Sequence record: NC_049438.1
DNA length: 64,000 nucleotides
Source: Acinetobacter phage vB_ApiM_fHyAci03
Direction: 5' to 3' (one strand)
Positions within the stretch are counted from its first letter, which is position 1; every line of letters starts with the position of its first letter. Both the position numbers and the translations under genes were made by a program. Shown here piece by piece: positions 34,320-43,773 of the stretch. Under the pieces are notes generated by a model. It saw only the letters and a program-made list of their open reading frames with translations. It was not told the origin of the DNA and did not search any database.

Positions 34320-34321
34320 CT

Positions 34322-35818
34322 TTAGAAATTTAATTGTGCTGCAAGATCTTCAAGCTCAGATCGTGATGCTGCAGAAATTCGATGAACTTTTTCTAGTTCT
34401 TCACGATTAGACAATTTGATTGACTCTTCTGTGATAGGAATATTCTCCTTTGCATCAACACATGCTTTAATAATGATGTCATCAGTCATCATTTCGTCAG
34501 GAATAACTGGTGCACTCGGTCCATCTGCTTCATACCAGCGCTGATTACCTTTCTTAACACATAACGTGAATTTGTTATTGATTGACTTGTCGCCATAACG
34601 AGATTTAATTTGTTTCATTAGCTGAACACCTTGTGCTGCAAGCTCTTCAGTTTCAATTGCAGCTAAAATGAAGTCAGCGGTATGGCTTAAGCCTGCAGAT
34701 TCTGCAATATCGCTCATGGTAATATCAGAGTTATCCCAGCCGCCACGAGTTGTTTGAGCAGCAGTCCAAATTGGGACTCCTTCTTCAACCGCTAATGCAC
34801 GTAGTTCTTCAGCGATTGCTTTAACAAGTGTATATGAATTTTCGCTAAACACCTTAATTCGAGATGATGCACAAATACCCAAGTAATCGACAACAATAAC
34901 ATCTGGCTTAAATCCCTTCTTGAGTTTGAGTTCATTCAATAACGCTTTAAATGTTAATGCATGTGCACCGCCAATAGGATATTGTTTGATGTACAATTGT
35001 CCTAAAACATTTGCTCGTCTCCAACGTTCCATACGAGCTTTATATTCGGGGTAACTAACATGTCCATCATCTAAGTCATCCATTGAGATATCTAGCAAGT
35101 TTGCATCAATACGTTTTGCAACAACTTCTTCTGCCATCTCCATTGAGATATAAAGAACATTTTTACCGGATTGCAAATAGTCGGCAGTTAATGAACACAG
35201 CCCTAAAGATTTACCAACATTAACACCTGCTAAAATGATGTTAAGTGTTCCAATTTCTACACCGCCTTTAGTGATTTTTCCAAGTATAGAAAGTTTGAAT
35301 GGAATCTTACGTGCTTTGTTCTGATATGATAACCAACGAGATTCATAGTCATCCATCCAGTTATGCCCAATAGATGAATCAAAGCATACTGCTAATGCCT
35401 CTTTCATGATATCTGGGATTGCACCTACATCAGGCAATCGTTTATCTCGTTGGTTTATAGGTTTATCAGCATTGTTCTGAATTTGAACAATTTTTACAGT
35501 GGCATTATATATCGCACGTTTTTTGATAAACGCTTCTGTTTCTGGTACTAACCAATCAATAGATTCCTTTTCAGTTTTGAGATTGTTTAATAAAGTAGTT
35601 GTGCCGTTGAAGTCTACTTCGTTTAAACTTGAATTGTTGACAACTAAGTCTAATGCTACTTTTGATGGAACTCCATGGTATGCATCTACATGCTTCTTAA
35701 TAGAGTTATAGAGAATTCTTGCTGGACCTTTGTCAAAATATTCCTCTTTGAGATATGGCCATACTTTGCCAAAATACTCTTGATTCGAGATCAATTGTCC
35801 TAAAATAATATCAATCAT
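34322..35818 (-). CDS. 41: replicative DNA helicase gp41 (DnaB-like)
   Basis: 498 aa. RecA-like core with Walker A (…AGVNVGKSLGL…) and DnaB-family motifs. Confidence 0.85.
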   Translation of the reverse strand: MIDIILGQLISNQEYFGKVWPYLKEEYFDKGPARILYNSIKKHVDAYHGVPSKVALDLVVNNSSLNEVDFNGTTTLLNNLKTEKESIDWLVPETEAFIKKRAIYNATVKIVQIQNNADKPINQRDKRLPDVGAIPDIMKEALAVCFDSSIGHNWMDDYESRWLSYQNKARKIPFKLSILGKITKGGVEIGTLNIILAGVNVGKSLGLCSLTADYLQSGKNVLYISMEMAEEVVAKRIDANLLDISMDDLDDGHVSYPEYKARMERWRRANVLGQLYIKQYPIGGAHALTFKALLNELKLKKGFKPDVIVVDYLGICASSRIKVFSENSYTLVKAIAEELRALAVEEGVPIWTAAQTTRGGWDNSDITMSDIAESAGLSHTADFILAAIETEELAAQGVQLMKQIKSRYGDKSINNKFTLCVKKGNQRWYEADGPSAPVIPDEMMTDDIIIKACVDAKENIPITEESIKLSNREELEKVHRISAASRSELEDLAAQLNF

Positions 35819-35868
35819 GTGAACACCTTAATTAACTAAATCAATTATATCATCATCTCATAGAAGCA

Positions 35869-35886
35869 ATAGGCCCGAAGGCCTAT
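35869..35886 (-). terminator. terminator hairpin with UUCG loop (AUAGGCC-UUCG-GGCCUAU) 3' of 35888..36190
   Basis: Plus strand reads ATAGGCCCGAAGGCCTAT followed by TTTTAAAAA. Confidence 0.55.
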
Positions 35887-35887
35887 T

Positions 35888-36190
35888 TTAAAAACTGAAC
35901 GGTTTCTTACGTTTAGAGAAGTTCACAATCATTTCTTTTAGAATATATTCGATATGTGGAATCAACTCTGCCTTACGATCTTCACTTGGAGTACTGAAGC
36001 CATATGTTACTCCATTGCCGGAAATTTGGAATTCTGTAATGTAAACAATATGATCTGTACCATCTTCAAGCTTAATTAGGAGTTCATGTTTTACATCTTT
36101 CATTGCATCTTTAATAATACTTAAAGACTTTTCATATAAAGCGCCTGATGGGCCTTTATCATCTTCTTGAATTGCTTCAACTTGTTCCAT
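35888..36190 (-). CDS. hypothetical protein
   Basis: 100-aa ORF. Confidence 0.4.
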   Translation of the reverse strand: MEQVEAIQEDDKGPSGALYEKSLSIIKDAMKDVKHELLIKLEDGTDHIVYITEFQISGNGVTYGFSTPSEDRKAELIPHIEYILKEMIVNFSKRKKPFSF

Positions 36191-36193
36191 ATG

Positions 36194-37312
36194 TTACTCC
36201 AATAATGCCTTTTCCCACATCGCGTACACACGAGATGGATTGTATTGTTCATATAATGCATTAGCACGTGCAACACGTTGTTCATATGTGTCTTCGAACT
36301 CATTTAATGCTTTAGAATATGCGGCAATAATGTCATTAGTTGTCATACCTTCTTCAATCCAAACAACTTTAGTTAATGGATCATGTTCAAGTGTTGCATG
36401 ACTATAACCACGTTTGATGAGTTGAAGTACAGGCACACCTTTCTCAATAGCTTCCAATGAACCATGTTCAATAGTGCCTGTGTCATGACAAGTGTTAACA
36501 AGGACTAGCGCTTCGGCTAATGTTGCCTGGATAGTTGCACGCGGAACATCAATATGTACAAAAGGCTCTTTGAGATATTTCTTAGGTGGTGCCCATTGAC
36601 TTGGCAGGAATGCAGCAATTTTATGGTGAGATTTACTCATTGCTTCTAAAGCTACATTTGTCTTTCTGAATTTCAAATCATAGCGCTGTGCTGAAACTAC
36701 AACACCATTAGAAGGCAGCACTTTAGGACGATTTTCGATTAATGTAGCCGGGAAGAAATTATCTGAGATGATGTCATGCTCTTGCCAATAATCGAAATCA
36801 ATTGCACCTTTAGCAACTTTGATATTCATTTTTGAATACACTTGAGCCGTAAGGTCTTTAAATGTTTGAGTTGGCACAAGATTCTTGCCGCCATTTTGGT
36901 GAATAAAAACAGCAGTACGCCAAATTGAAACAAGTGTTCGAATACTAGGATCGAGTGGCGTGGCTAAAAGGTTTCGAATTTTAGGTCCTAACCCGAGTTT
37001 GATCAAGCCATTGATAACACCTTTTGCACCTTCAACAGTAACAACTACATCATATTTTGAATAGTCCAATTGTGAAATTTTGTCAATGATTTTGTTGCCG
37101 TGTTTGATAGTGTACTTGTCCACAATTGGGTAGTCAATAGATATTGCATTGACTTTATATGGACCAAAGTTCTCATCGCCGAACGCCATGTAATCGATTT
37201 CATGGTGCTTACTCATTGTTTTGATGAAATTCAATTGAACTGATTCTAAGCCACCGGAAATATAATCAGCATTAAATGTAATAAATCGACATGGAATGTA
37301 TAAAATTTTCAT
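36194..37312 (-). CDS. GT-B (GT4-like) glycosyltransferase, paralog 2; candidate hmC-DNA glycosyl/arabinosyl transferase
   Basis: 372 aa. C-terminal GT-B donor-binding signature …NTCHDTGTIEHGSLEAIEKGVPVLQL…. Roughly 50 percent identical to the adjacent paralog. Confidence 0.55.
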   Translation of the reverse strand: MKILYIPCRFITFNADYISGGLESVQLNFIKTMSKHHEIDYMAFGDENFGPYKVNAISIDYPIVDKYTIKHGNKIIDKISQLDYSKYDVVVTVEGAKGVINGLIKLGLGPKIRNLLATPLDPSIRTLVSIWRTAVFIHQNGGKNLVPTQTFKDLTAQVYSKMNIKVAKGAIDFDYWQEHDIISDNFFPATLIENRPKVLPSNGVVVSAQRYDLKFRKTNVALEAMSKSHHKIAAFLPSQWAPPKKYLKEPFVHIDVPRATIQATLAEALVLVNTCHDTGTIEHGSLEAIEKGVPVLQLIKRGYSHATLEHDPLTKVVWIEEGMTTNDIIAAYSKALNEFEDTYEQRVARANALYEQYNPSRVYAMWEKALLE

Positions 37313-37342
37313 GTTTCATCTCAAAGAAAGTGTAGTATTATG

Positions 37343-37358
37343 GAGCCCGAAGGCCCCA
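37343..37358 (-). terminator. terminator hairpin with UUCG loop (GGGGCC-UUCG-GGCUCC) between the two glycosyltransferase paralogs
   Basis: Plus strand reads GGAGCCCGAAGGCCCC. Confidence 0.5.
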
Positions 37359-37367
37359 GTTTCAAAA

Positions 37368-38513
37368 TTATTTTAAAACATTTTCCCAGAGTTTGAAATA
37401 TGCTTCTTCGTTAAATTTGTTGTAAAGATATTCAGCCCGTGCAACACGTTGTTCATATGTATCTTCAAACTCATTTAATGCTTTAGCATACATCTCGATT
37501 AATTCTTGAGTACTTGCACCTTCTTCAAATTCAACTCGAACAGTATTAGGGTCGTACTCAAATGTAGCATGGTTGTATCCTTTTTGAATGAGTTGAAGTA
37601 CTGGCGTACCTTGAGAAATAGCTTCAAGCGATCCATTTTCTACTGTACCAGTGTTGTGGCACGTATTGACAAGAAGTTTGGCAGTTGAAATTTCTTTTTG
37701 TATGGTTTGTCGTTTAGCATCGATAATGACCCAGTGATCTTTCTCCAGCCATTTTTTGCCAGGTGCCCATTTCGACGGACAGAATGCGATCTTAGGCCCA
37801 TCAAATAAATCCATTGCACCGAATGCAACATTAGATTTTCTGAATGCATTGTCAAACCGTTGGGCTTGTACAATATGCCCTTCAGAATGAAGGACTTCAG
37901 GTTTATTTGCAATCAAAATCGGCGGATAAAATTCATCTGCAATAATATCATGATTTTGCCAATAATCAAAATCAATGACTTCTGCGGCAATACGTTCATT
38001 CATTTTAGAATAAACCTTTGCAGCTAAATCTTTGAACGTTTGAGTAGGAACGATATTCTTTCCGCCAAGTTTATGGACCATTACTGCATTGTTCCAGCAT
38101 TGTACGATACCACGAACTGATGGGTCAAGTGGAGTAGCAAGAATATTACGAACCTTTGAAATTTGTCCAAGTTCGGCTAATGTATTAAGAACCATTTTAC
38201 TGCCTTCAATGATCACAATAGCATCGTACCGATCCCAGTCTGTGATTTCTTGAAGTTTGTATTTGATTTTATACGCATGTGCGGTAGTGAACTTTGCGCC
38301 AATAGGTTTATCAATTGATAATTCGTTAACTTTAACACTGCCGAAGTTTTCGTCGCCAAATGAAACGTAATCGATATCATGCACTTTTGACAAGTTGACA
38401 ATAAAATTATACTGAACCGCTTCAAGGCCGCCAGCAACACGATCAATATCAAATGGCACTGAACGGCAAGGTAAGTATAAAATTTTCATATTATGCTCCA
38501 ATAAAATTTTCAA
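37368..38513 (-). CDS. GT-B (GT4-like) glycosyltransferase, paralog 1; candidate hmC-DNA glycosyl/arabinosyl transferase
   Basis: 381 aa. …NTCHNTGTVENGSLEAISQGTPVLQL…. Tandem paralog of 36194..37312 with an identical C-terminal tail (…ALNEFEDTYEQRVARA…). Confidence 0.55.
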   Translation of the reverse strand: MKILLEHNMKILYLPCRSVPFDIDRVAGGLEAVQYNFIVNLSKVHDIDYVSFGDENFGSVKVNELSIDKPIGAKFTTAHAYKIKYKLQEITDWDRYDAIVIIEGSKMVLNTLAELGQISKVRNILATPLDPSVRGIVQCWNNAVMVHKLGGKNIVPTQTFKDLAAKVYSKMNERIAAEVIDFDYWQNHDIIADEFYPPILIANKPEVLHSEGHIVQAQRFDNAFRKSNVAFGAMDLFDGPKIAFCPSKWAPGKKWLEKDHWVIIDAKRQTIQKEISTAKLLVNTCHNTGTVENGSLEAISQGTPVLQLIQKGYNHATFEYDPNTVRVEFEEGASTQELIEMYAKALNEFEDTYEQRVARAEYLYNKFNEEAYFKLWENVLK

Positions 38514-39033
38514 GGTTTAAATCATAAACCACATCAGTAAATGATTTAGCTTCATTAATATTGTTGTGTACATCATGATCGAGGATTTTATATGGAGTTA
38601 TATTAAATTCATCATATACTTCATTAAACCGATCTACGATTGCATTGAATTGATCTTCACTTACTGTAATTAAATCATCAGTAAAGCTATCTACAAGTTT
38701 GTTTCGTGTTAGCCCAATAACCAAGACTTCATTGTTTTGAATGAAACGTCTGAAATCATCTTTGAAGATTTCAACTGGCTTTCCACGAAGAACACTTTCA
38801 TATACAATGTTACTTAAACCGCCTCGATCCAAAACATAGATTTTACTGTTATCGACATAATTTAACATCGTTTCAAAAATTGCGACTTCATTTCGAGTTA
38901 GACAAGTGAAACGTCCTTCACTTGTCTTTTTCGGAAATTCCATCAAGGTTACATCAAAATGACGAGTAAGATTGCTAATCAAAGTTGTCTTACCAGCATT
39001 ATCAGGCCCTTCTACAAGAATTATTTTTGCCAT
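38491..39033 (-). CDS. P-loop nucleoside/nucleotide monophosphate kinase (thymidylate-kinase-like)
   Basis: 180 aa. Walker A ILVEGPDNAGKTTL and a DRG lid-like motif. Confidence 0.55.
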   Translation of the reverse strand: MAKIILVEGPDNAGKTTLISNLTRHFDVTLMEFPKKTSEGRFTCLTRNEVAIFETMLNYVDNSKIYVLDRGGLSNIVYESVLRGKPVEIFKDDFRRFIQNNEVLVIGLTRNKLVDSFTDDLITVSEDQFNAIVDRFNEVYDEFNITPYKILDHDVHNNINEAKSFTDVVYDLNLENFIGA

Positions 39034-39965
39034 ACATCTTCACCAGGTTGAATAACTACTTCATCATATGATGGCATTATATACTCACTAATGATGTTAG
39101 CATCAAAATAAATCAATTCACCTAACCCAGGATGAAACACATTTTGTGGATTTTCGTTGTAGATAATTGTTGGACGCTGAGACAACGTAATGTAATACGC
39201 GATCTTTGACATTTTAACATCCATAATGGTTACATCTGGATATAGCTCAGCAATCTGATCTTTAAAATCAACATATGTGTCATTTGGATCTGTGATAATG
39301 AGCATATTACCAGTTTCTGCACAATCTTTTACAACATCCATGAATCTATAACATTTGTCAGAGAGTCTGAATGGAAAGAATACAATATTAGAACCCATGT
39401 GCTGAGTGTCATCGATATTTTTTATATATCGTGCAATGACATCAGGATTGACTACCTTTTGAGTCATCACAATTTTATCTGCATCAATTCCATGAGCAAT
39501 AAATTCTGCTCGTTGAGATTCATTCAATACAAATACTTTAATAGATTGCCGTGCAGTTTCAAGATCCGATTCCCACCATTTATCAATGTATGGACGATCT
39601 AATCCAGGAACTTTGGAAATATTTGCATTGAAAATAAATTCATGAACTCCATTATAACCAGTGACATCAGTTATTAATACGTCGATGTTGTTTATTCGCA
39701 TAATTTCATCAACATTAGATTCATTCCAATACCAGAACCATTGGCGAGTTTCTTCAGCATTAGTACCATAATGAAATTGTACAAAGTTGAAATCTGGAAA
39801 TAAGAATTCTAATTCAGATTTGTCTGAAATGTTGAATGGTACAGCAATCAAATCGCCTTTCTGTGCACGATGTAGATGCAACTGAAAGTTGCCGTCTTTG
39901 AGGACGGCATACTCACGAGTAGCATATGATCGCATTGAAAAAATTGGCACAATCATTCTGCTCAT
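39021..39965 (-). CDS. hypothetical protein within DNA-modification island
   Basis: 314-aa ORF. No motif recognised. Confidence 0.4.
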   Translation of the reverse strand: MSRMIVPIFSMRSYATREYAVLKDGNFQLHLHRAQKGDLIAVPFNISDKSELEFLFPDFNFVQFHYGTNAEETRQWFWYWNESNVDEIMRINNIDVLITDVTGYNGVHEFIFNANISKVPGLDRPYIDKWWESDLETARQSIKVFVLNESQRAEFIAHGIDADKIVMTQKVVNPDVIARYIKNIDDTQHMGSNIVFFPFRLSDKCYRFMDVVKDCAETGNMLIITDPNDTYVDFKDQIAELYPDVTIMDVKMSKIAYYITLSQRPTIIYNENPQNVFHPGLGELIYFDANIISEYIMPSYDEVVIQPGEDVWQK

Positions 39966-39968
39966 AGC

Positions 39969-40679
39969 TTATTCTTCCAAAAATGATTTAACATATTCAA
40001 TATCCCGTTCAAATACATGTGCAGATACAATTGAGTGTGCATAAGTGCCAAGTCCTACACCACATTCTTTAGCAACATGTTCCATGAATCGATGCATAAG
40101 ATAAAAATCTAATTGCATTACCACTGCACAGTTTTGACTACGCATATGAGTATGCATATAAAGTAGCCCTTCACGAATATAAAACGTAATAGAATCCGTG
40201 CATGGGTATTCTAAAGTTTCATCTGAATCTAAAAGAACTTGGTCTTGCTCCTGAAGAATTTGGAAAACTACTCGTCGTGAGTTTGGTTTTTCTTTAAGTT
40301 CTTTAATAAGAGCTGGCATTTGGGCTGCGATTCGTGGCCCGTAGAAGGTGTTGAAATTCGAAGGAAGAGTATCCGTCTTCGGCTTTGCAATGAACTTCGC
40401 GACATTTGGATACTCCTTAAACGCTTGTTCCGCATCTGTGCCACCTTGAATCATGAATTCCCAGAATTTTTCAGCATAACCATAATCAATACGATTGATA
40501 CGTTTGTCTTTAAATGTTGCACCTTGTTCAGGTAATCCGATTTCAATAAGAATTGAACCAATTTCATGACACTTACCGATACGAGAATCTGTGACGAATT
40601 CCGGTGCTTCAACAACAAAATTATTGATACGTTTGAATGCCTCTTCGAACGTGCTAGCTAAAATATATTTTGACATCAA
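39969..40679 (-). CDS. 42: thymidylate-synthase-family pyrimidine hydroxymethylase (gp42-like dCMP hydroxymethylase)
   Basis: 236 aa. …PNSRRVVFQIL…, …YPCTDSITFY… (catalytic Cys) and …MRSQNCAVVMQLDF… match T4 gp42 (…PDSRRGIMIY…, …MCTNTVQYL…, …MRSNDVVFGFRND…). Confidence 0.7.
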   Translation of the reverse strand: MMSKYILASTFEEAFKRINNFVVEAPEFVTDSRIGKCHEIGSILIEIGLPEQGATFKDKRINRIDYGYAEKFWEFMIQGGTDAEQAFKEYPNVAKFIAKPKTDTLPSNFNTFYGPRIAAQMPALIKELKEKPNSRRVVFQILQEQDQVLLDSDETLEYPCTDSITFYIREGLLYMHTHMRSQNCAVVMQLDFYLMHRFMEHVAKECGVGLGTYAHSIVSAHVFERDIEYVKSFLEE

Positions 40680-41071
40680 ATCACCTTTGGGGTATATGGT
40701 TGTTTAGATAATAACTCATTTTTTAGAAAAGCATCTTTGAACTCACGTGGGTTCATTGCTTTGTCATCAATGATCCAGTCATAAACCGGCTTATGAGTTA
40801 TCAAGTGATGATATTTCAATCCGATTTTCTTAAGATTTTTTATTAAAGGTGGCAAGATAATCGAATCAATTAATTCTGGGCCTACTGACTTCATGCCTCT
40901 GGCTGTGAACAGTGTGATTGTATGCCCTTGATCATATAACGAATTAATAGTATCGACCATCTGTTGGTCTGGAACGAAATTCTCATAATCTCGATTATCA
41001 TTCCAGACAGTAATGGTGTTATCGATATCTATGCAAAAATGTTTTGCACCAGTCATTAAAGTTTCTCCCAA
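40676..41071 (-). CDS. small HAD-superfamily phosphatase
   Basis: 131 aa. Motif I FCIDIDNTIT (DxDxT). Later conserved T/S and K/D positions are present. Confidence 0.55.
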   Translation of the reverse strand: MGETLMTGAKHFCIDIDNTITVWNDNRDYENFVPDQQMVDTINSLYDQGHTITLFTARGMKSVGPELIDSIILPPLIKNLKKIGLKYHHLITHKPVYDWIIDDKAMNPREFKDAFLKNELLSKQPYTPKVI

Positions 41072-42717
41072 TGCATACCATCAACTAATTTATTTGGACG
41101 ATATTTTTCACCGGTTTCTAAATCAATTAAGAGCCATTTATCAGGATTTTTGGTTGTCAATGTAGCGCTGACTAATCCTGTGTCATACGCTACTGAACCA
41201 TCCTGAAGACGTCGTCCCATGTGACTAAGTGTTTTCGATAACAAATACATGCCATAGTAGTATGCACTTACAGCTTTAAGTGGATTGTTTTTGAAATATC
41301 CCGCAAGCGCGATCCAAATAACAGCAACCCATAAATGATGATACTCATTAAATGGTTCTGCATCAACATTTGTCAAGCCTAATGGCTCAATATTCACAAT
41401 AGCTGAATCGCCATCAATCGATAATCCACCCCACATAGGATCCGCATTAAATTTATCATAACCAGTTAATGCATAAAATACTTTAGCTTCATCATAAATT
41501 CGTGGACCATAAATTTTTGTTTTGCCAAAGTATCCACGTGGATCAATCAAACGAACTTTGCCTTTATCATCTAACATCAAGTTACTAAAGTTCGGGTCGC
41601 CATGAATAACATAGTAATCTTTGTCAGAGGCTTCATACATTAAATGAGCGTATGCTTGTTCAAGCATAGTTTCTAAACGTCCAATTTTATGATGATTCAC
41701 ATATTGAATATCGCCAAATGATTGTATTAGCCCTTTAATTTCATTACAACGAGCTAAAACTTTATCAACGACTTCATAACGATAGTCTTCAGCGATTTGT
41801 TCACGTGATGTGAATTCATTCATTTTAGGGAACTTAAGTGTTTCAAGAATTTCTGTGAGCATTTCTGGTTTATATGCCTCAAACATTGGAACACCTTTAA
41901 TTCGTTCCATTTTAAAAGACATATATTCACCAAAATCACGTCGATCAATGATTTTTGGCACCGCATCACTTTCTACACTATCGTACCATGCAAGCTCTTC
42001 ACGTTGAAGTTCTCGCCCCTTTTCATTCAATGCAGTTTTATACACAACATCATTTGCTATTGTAATTGAATTAAATTCTCGATTTAATTCACGGTGACGA
42101 TGTGCGTGTTGGAGTTTTGGCTTATCACCAAGATCAATAAGATTAATCAATTCTTCTTGATACATATTTTTTGCATCAAGCAATTCTACAAAATCACGCC
42201 CTTTGAAGAATTCGTTCGCTTCATCTTTATCATCAAAGTTACTAATAAAGAAATCTTTAAATTGATAGATGCCGACAACATTACCACCAGTACCACCAGT
42301 TTCAGTTAATGTTTTGCCATCAAAATTATATCGACATTCATCACCAAATGTATAAACCGAATTGCTATTCCATGAGAATGCATCAAATTGTGGAATGACA
42401 TCACACCAATTGAATACTACATTATGCAGATTGATCAAATGAGAAATTCGAGAAATTGCATAAGCCGAGCCATAAGCTTCATCAACAGTTTCAACAATTA
42501 TGTCTAACTTGAAAATCTTTGCATACTCACGTACTTGTTCTGCAAATTTGCTATGTACAACCACAATAATTTCATCTGCACCTAATTTTTTGTAGATGCC
42601 ATGCAAATGATGTAGAATTGTATGCTGTTTGTAGTTCACCAAAACTTTAGGAATATGATGTGTGATAGGATACAAACGAGTAGCTAAGCCTGCACCTAAA
42701 ATAACCGCTTTTTTCAT
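41056..42717 (-). CDS. bifunctional sugar-1-phosphate nucleotidyltransferase (N-terminal) / APH-ChoK-fold sugar kinase (C-terminal)
   Basis: 553 aa. N-terminal …AVILGAGLATRLYPIT…K… is the NDP-sugar pyrophosphorylase G-x-G-x-R signature. C-terminal …YVIHGDPNFSNLMLDDKGKVRLIDPRG… is the protein-kinase-like Brenner motif of anomeric sugar kinases and choline kinases (HGDxxxxN…D). Confidence 0.6.
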   Translation of the reverse strand: MKKAVILGAGLATRLYPITHHIPKVLVNYKQHTILHHLHGIYKKLGADEIIVVVHSKFAEQVREYAKIFKLDIIVETVDEAYGSAYAISRISHLINLHNVVFNWCDVIPQFDAFSWNSNSVYTFGDECRYNFDGKTLTETGGTGGNVVGIYQFKDFFISNFDDKDEANEFFKGRDFVELLDAKNMYQEELINLIDLGDKPKLQHAHRHRELNREFNSITIANDVVYKTALNEKGRELQREELAWYDSVESDAVPKIIDRRDFGEYMSFKMERIKGVPMFEAYKPEMLTEILETLKFPKMNEFTSREQIAEDYRYEVVDKVLARCNEIKGLIQSFGDIQYVNHHKIGRLETMLEQAYAHLMYEASDKDYYVIHGDPNFSNLMLDDKGKVRLIDPRGYFGKTKIYGPRIYDEAKVFYALTGYDKFNADPMWGGLSIDGDSAIVNIEPLGLTNVDAEPFNEYHHLWVAVIWIALAGYFKNNPLKAVSAYYYGMYLLSKTLSHMGRRLQDGSVAYDTGLVSATLTTKNPDKWLLIDLETGEKYRPNKLVDGMHWEKL

Positions 42718-42784
42718 AATTAAAAATCCTAAAAGAGTTGTGATACGACTTATAATATCACAACTCTCAATTAAAGTACAATGC

Positions 42785-43414
42785 TTATTTAGATTCTGCT
42801 CTGAGCATAGCTCCTAATGAGCCACCAGGATGGTAAGAATAAAAGTCTTCGCGGGTGAATTGTAAATAATCTGAAAGTGTTACGCCGATAGTGTCAAGTA
42901 GCGTTAATAGAACCGTGGTGCTGGTAGTTGGTGCCAATTGATTGACATCACACTCTACAATATTCGGTACACCGAATTCCATATCAAATGGTGCTTTTTG
43001 CTCATCGGTTAAATTAGTATTACAGTGTAATAAGATTTGAGTCACATTAGGGCGGATTGTGCGAAGATGTTTTGCCATGTATTGCATTTCATCTGTTTTG
43101 CCGGAACGTGATACATGAATAACTACATCGTCATGCCCAATAAAACCTGCATCACCATGAGAGTAATGACATGTATTTAAGTACATAGACGGGATGCCAA
43201 GGCTCGCAAATGATTCTGATGCTTTAGTAGCCAAGTTTGAGTTTTTGCCGACGCCAGTAATCATAATACGCTGTCGATAATTTGATGCTGCCACAGGCTT
43301 CAAAATTTCAAGTAACTTTTCATATTTCACTTGATTTTCTGCAATAAAATCGCCTAGTATTTTAAGCGCCTGTTGTTGAGCCGCTACTACATCTAATGCT
43401 AATTTGATACTCAT
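42785..43414 (-). CDS. SIS-domain sugar-phosphate isomerase (KpsF/KdsD arabinose-5-phosphate isomerase-like, single domain)
   Basis: 209 aa. …RIMITGVGKNSNLATKASESFASLG… and …HGDAGFIGHDDVVIHVSRSGKTDE… align with the KpsF SIS core (…VVVSGIGKSGHIGKKIAATLASTG…, …HGDLGMI…ISYSG…). No CBS domains. Confidence 0.6.
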   Translation of the reverse strand: MSIKLALDVVAAQQQALKILGDFIAENQVKYEKLLEILKPVAASNYRQRIMITGVGKNSNLATKASESFASLGIPSMYLNTCHYSHGDAGFIGHDDVVIHVSRSGKTDEMQYMAKHLRTIRPNVTQILLHCNTNLTDEQKAPFDMEFGVPNIVECDVNQLAPTTSTTVLLTLLDTIGVTLSDYLQFTREDFYSYHPGGSLGAMLRAESK

Positions 43415-43449
43415 AATGTTTACCTCTAAATTATGGAACTATTATATCA

Positions 43450-43773
43450 TCAATCTTTCAAAATTGATCTGCTTATAGAAAAGTGAATTTTGGCTGGCTC
43501 ATAATGACGCCCTTGTTCAAATTCTTTAGTGAAACGAACCGAGAGTTGAGTTTTGTTCATTCGAACAAAATTTGTATCGATGTACTCAAACAACTCTTTT
43601 ATTGCACCTGCGCTTTTTTCGCCGTTGAAGTATACGTGAGTCCACATCTCATTATCAGGCGAGCTGATAATTCGATCTTTAAGAATGTGCTCGGCTTCAG
43701 TTACAATAGCCTCAGCTTCTGCATGGTTGATGAAACGTGGAGTCTCGCTCAATAATTTTTTAAAGTTAATCAT
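43450..43773 (-). CDS. hypothetical protein
   Basis: 107-aa ORF. Confidence 0.4.
   Translation of the reverse strand: MINFKKLLSETPRFINHAEAEAIVTEAEHILKDRIISSPDNEMWTHVYFNGEKSAGAIKELFEYIDTNFVRMNKTQLSVRFTKEFEQGRHYEPAKIHFSISRSILKD

Noticed and set aside
37640-38452. Internal ORFs 37640..37912 and 38213..38452, and similar ones (36121..36303, 55939..56157, 6248..6475, 19558..19785, 6941..7144)
   Set aside because: They are nested in alternative frames inside longer homology-supported genes.
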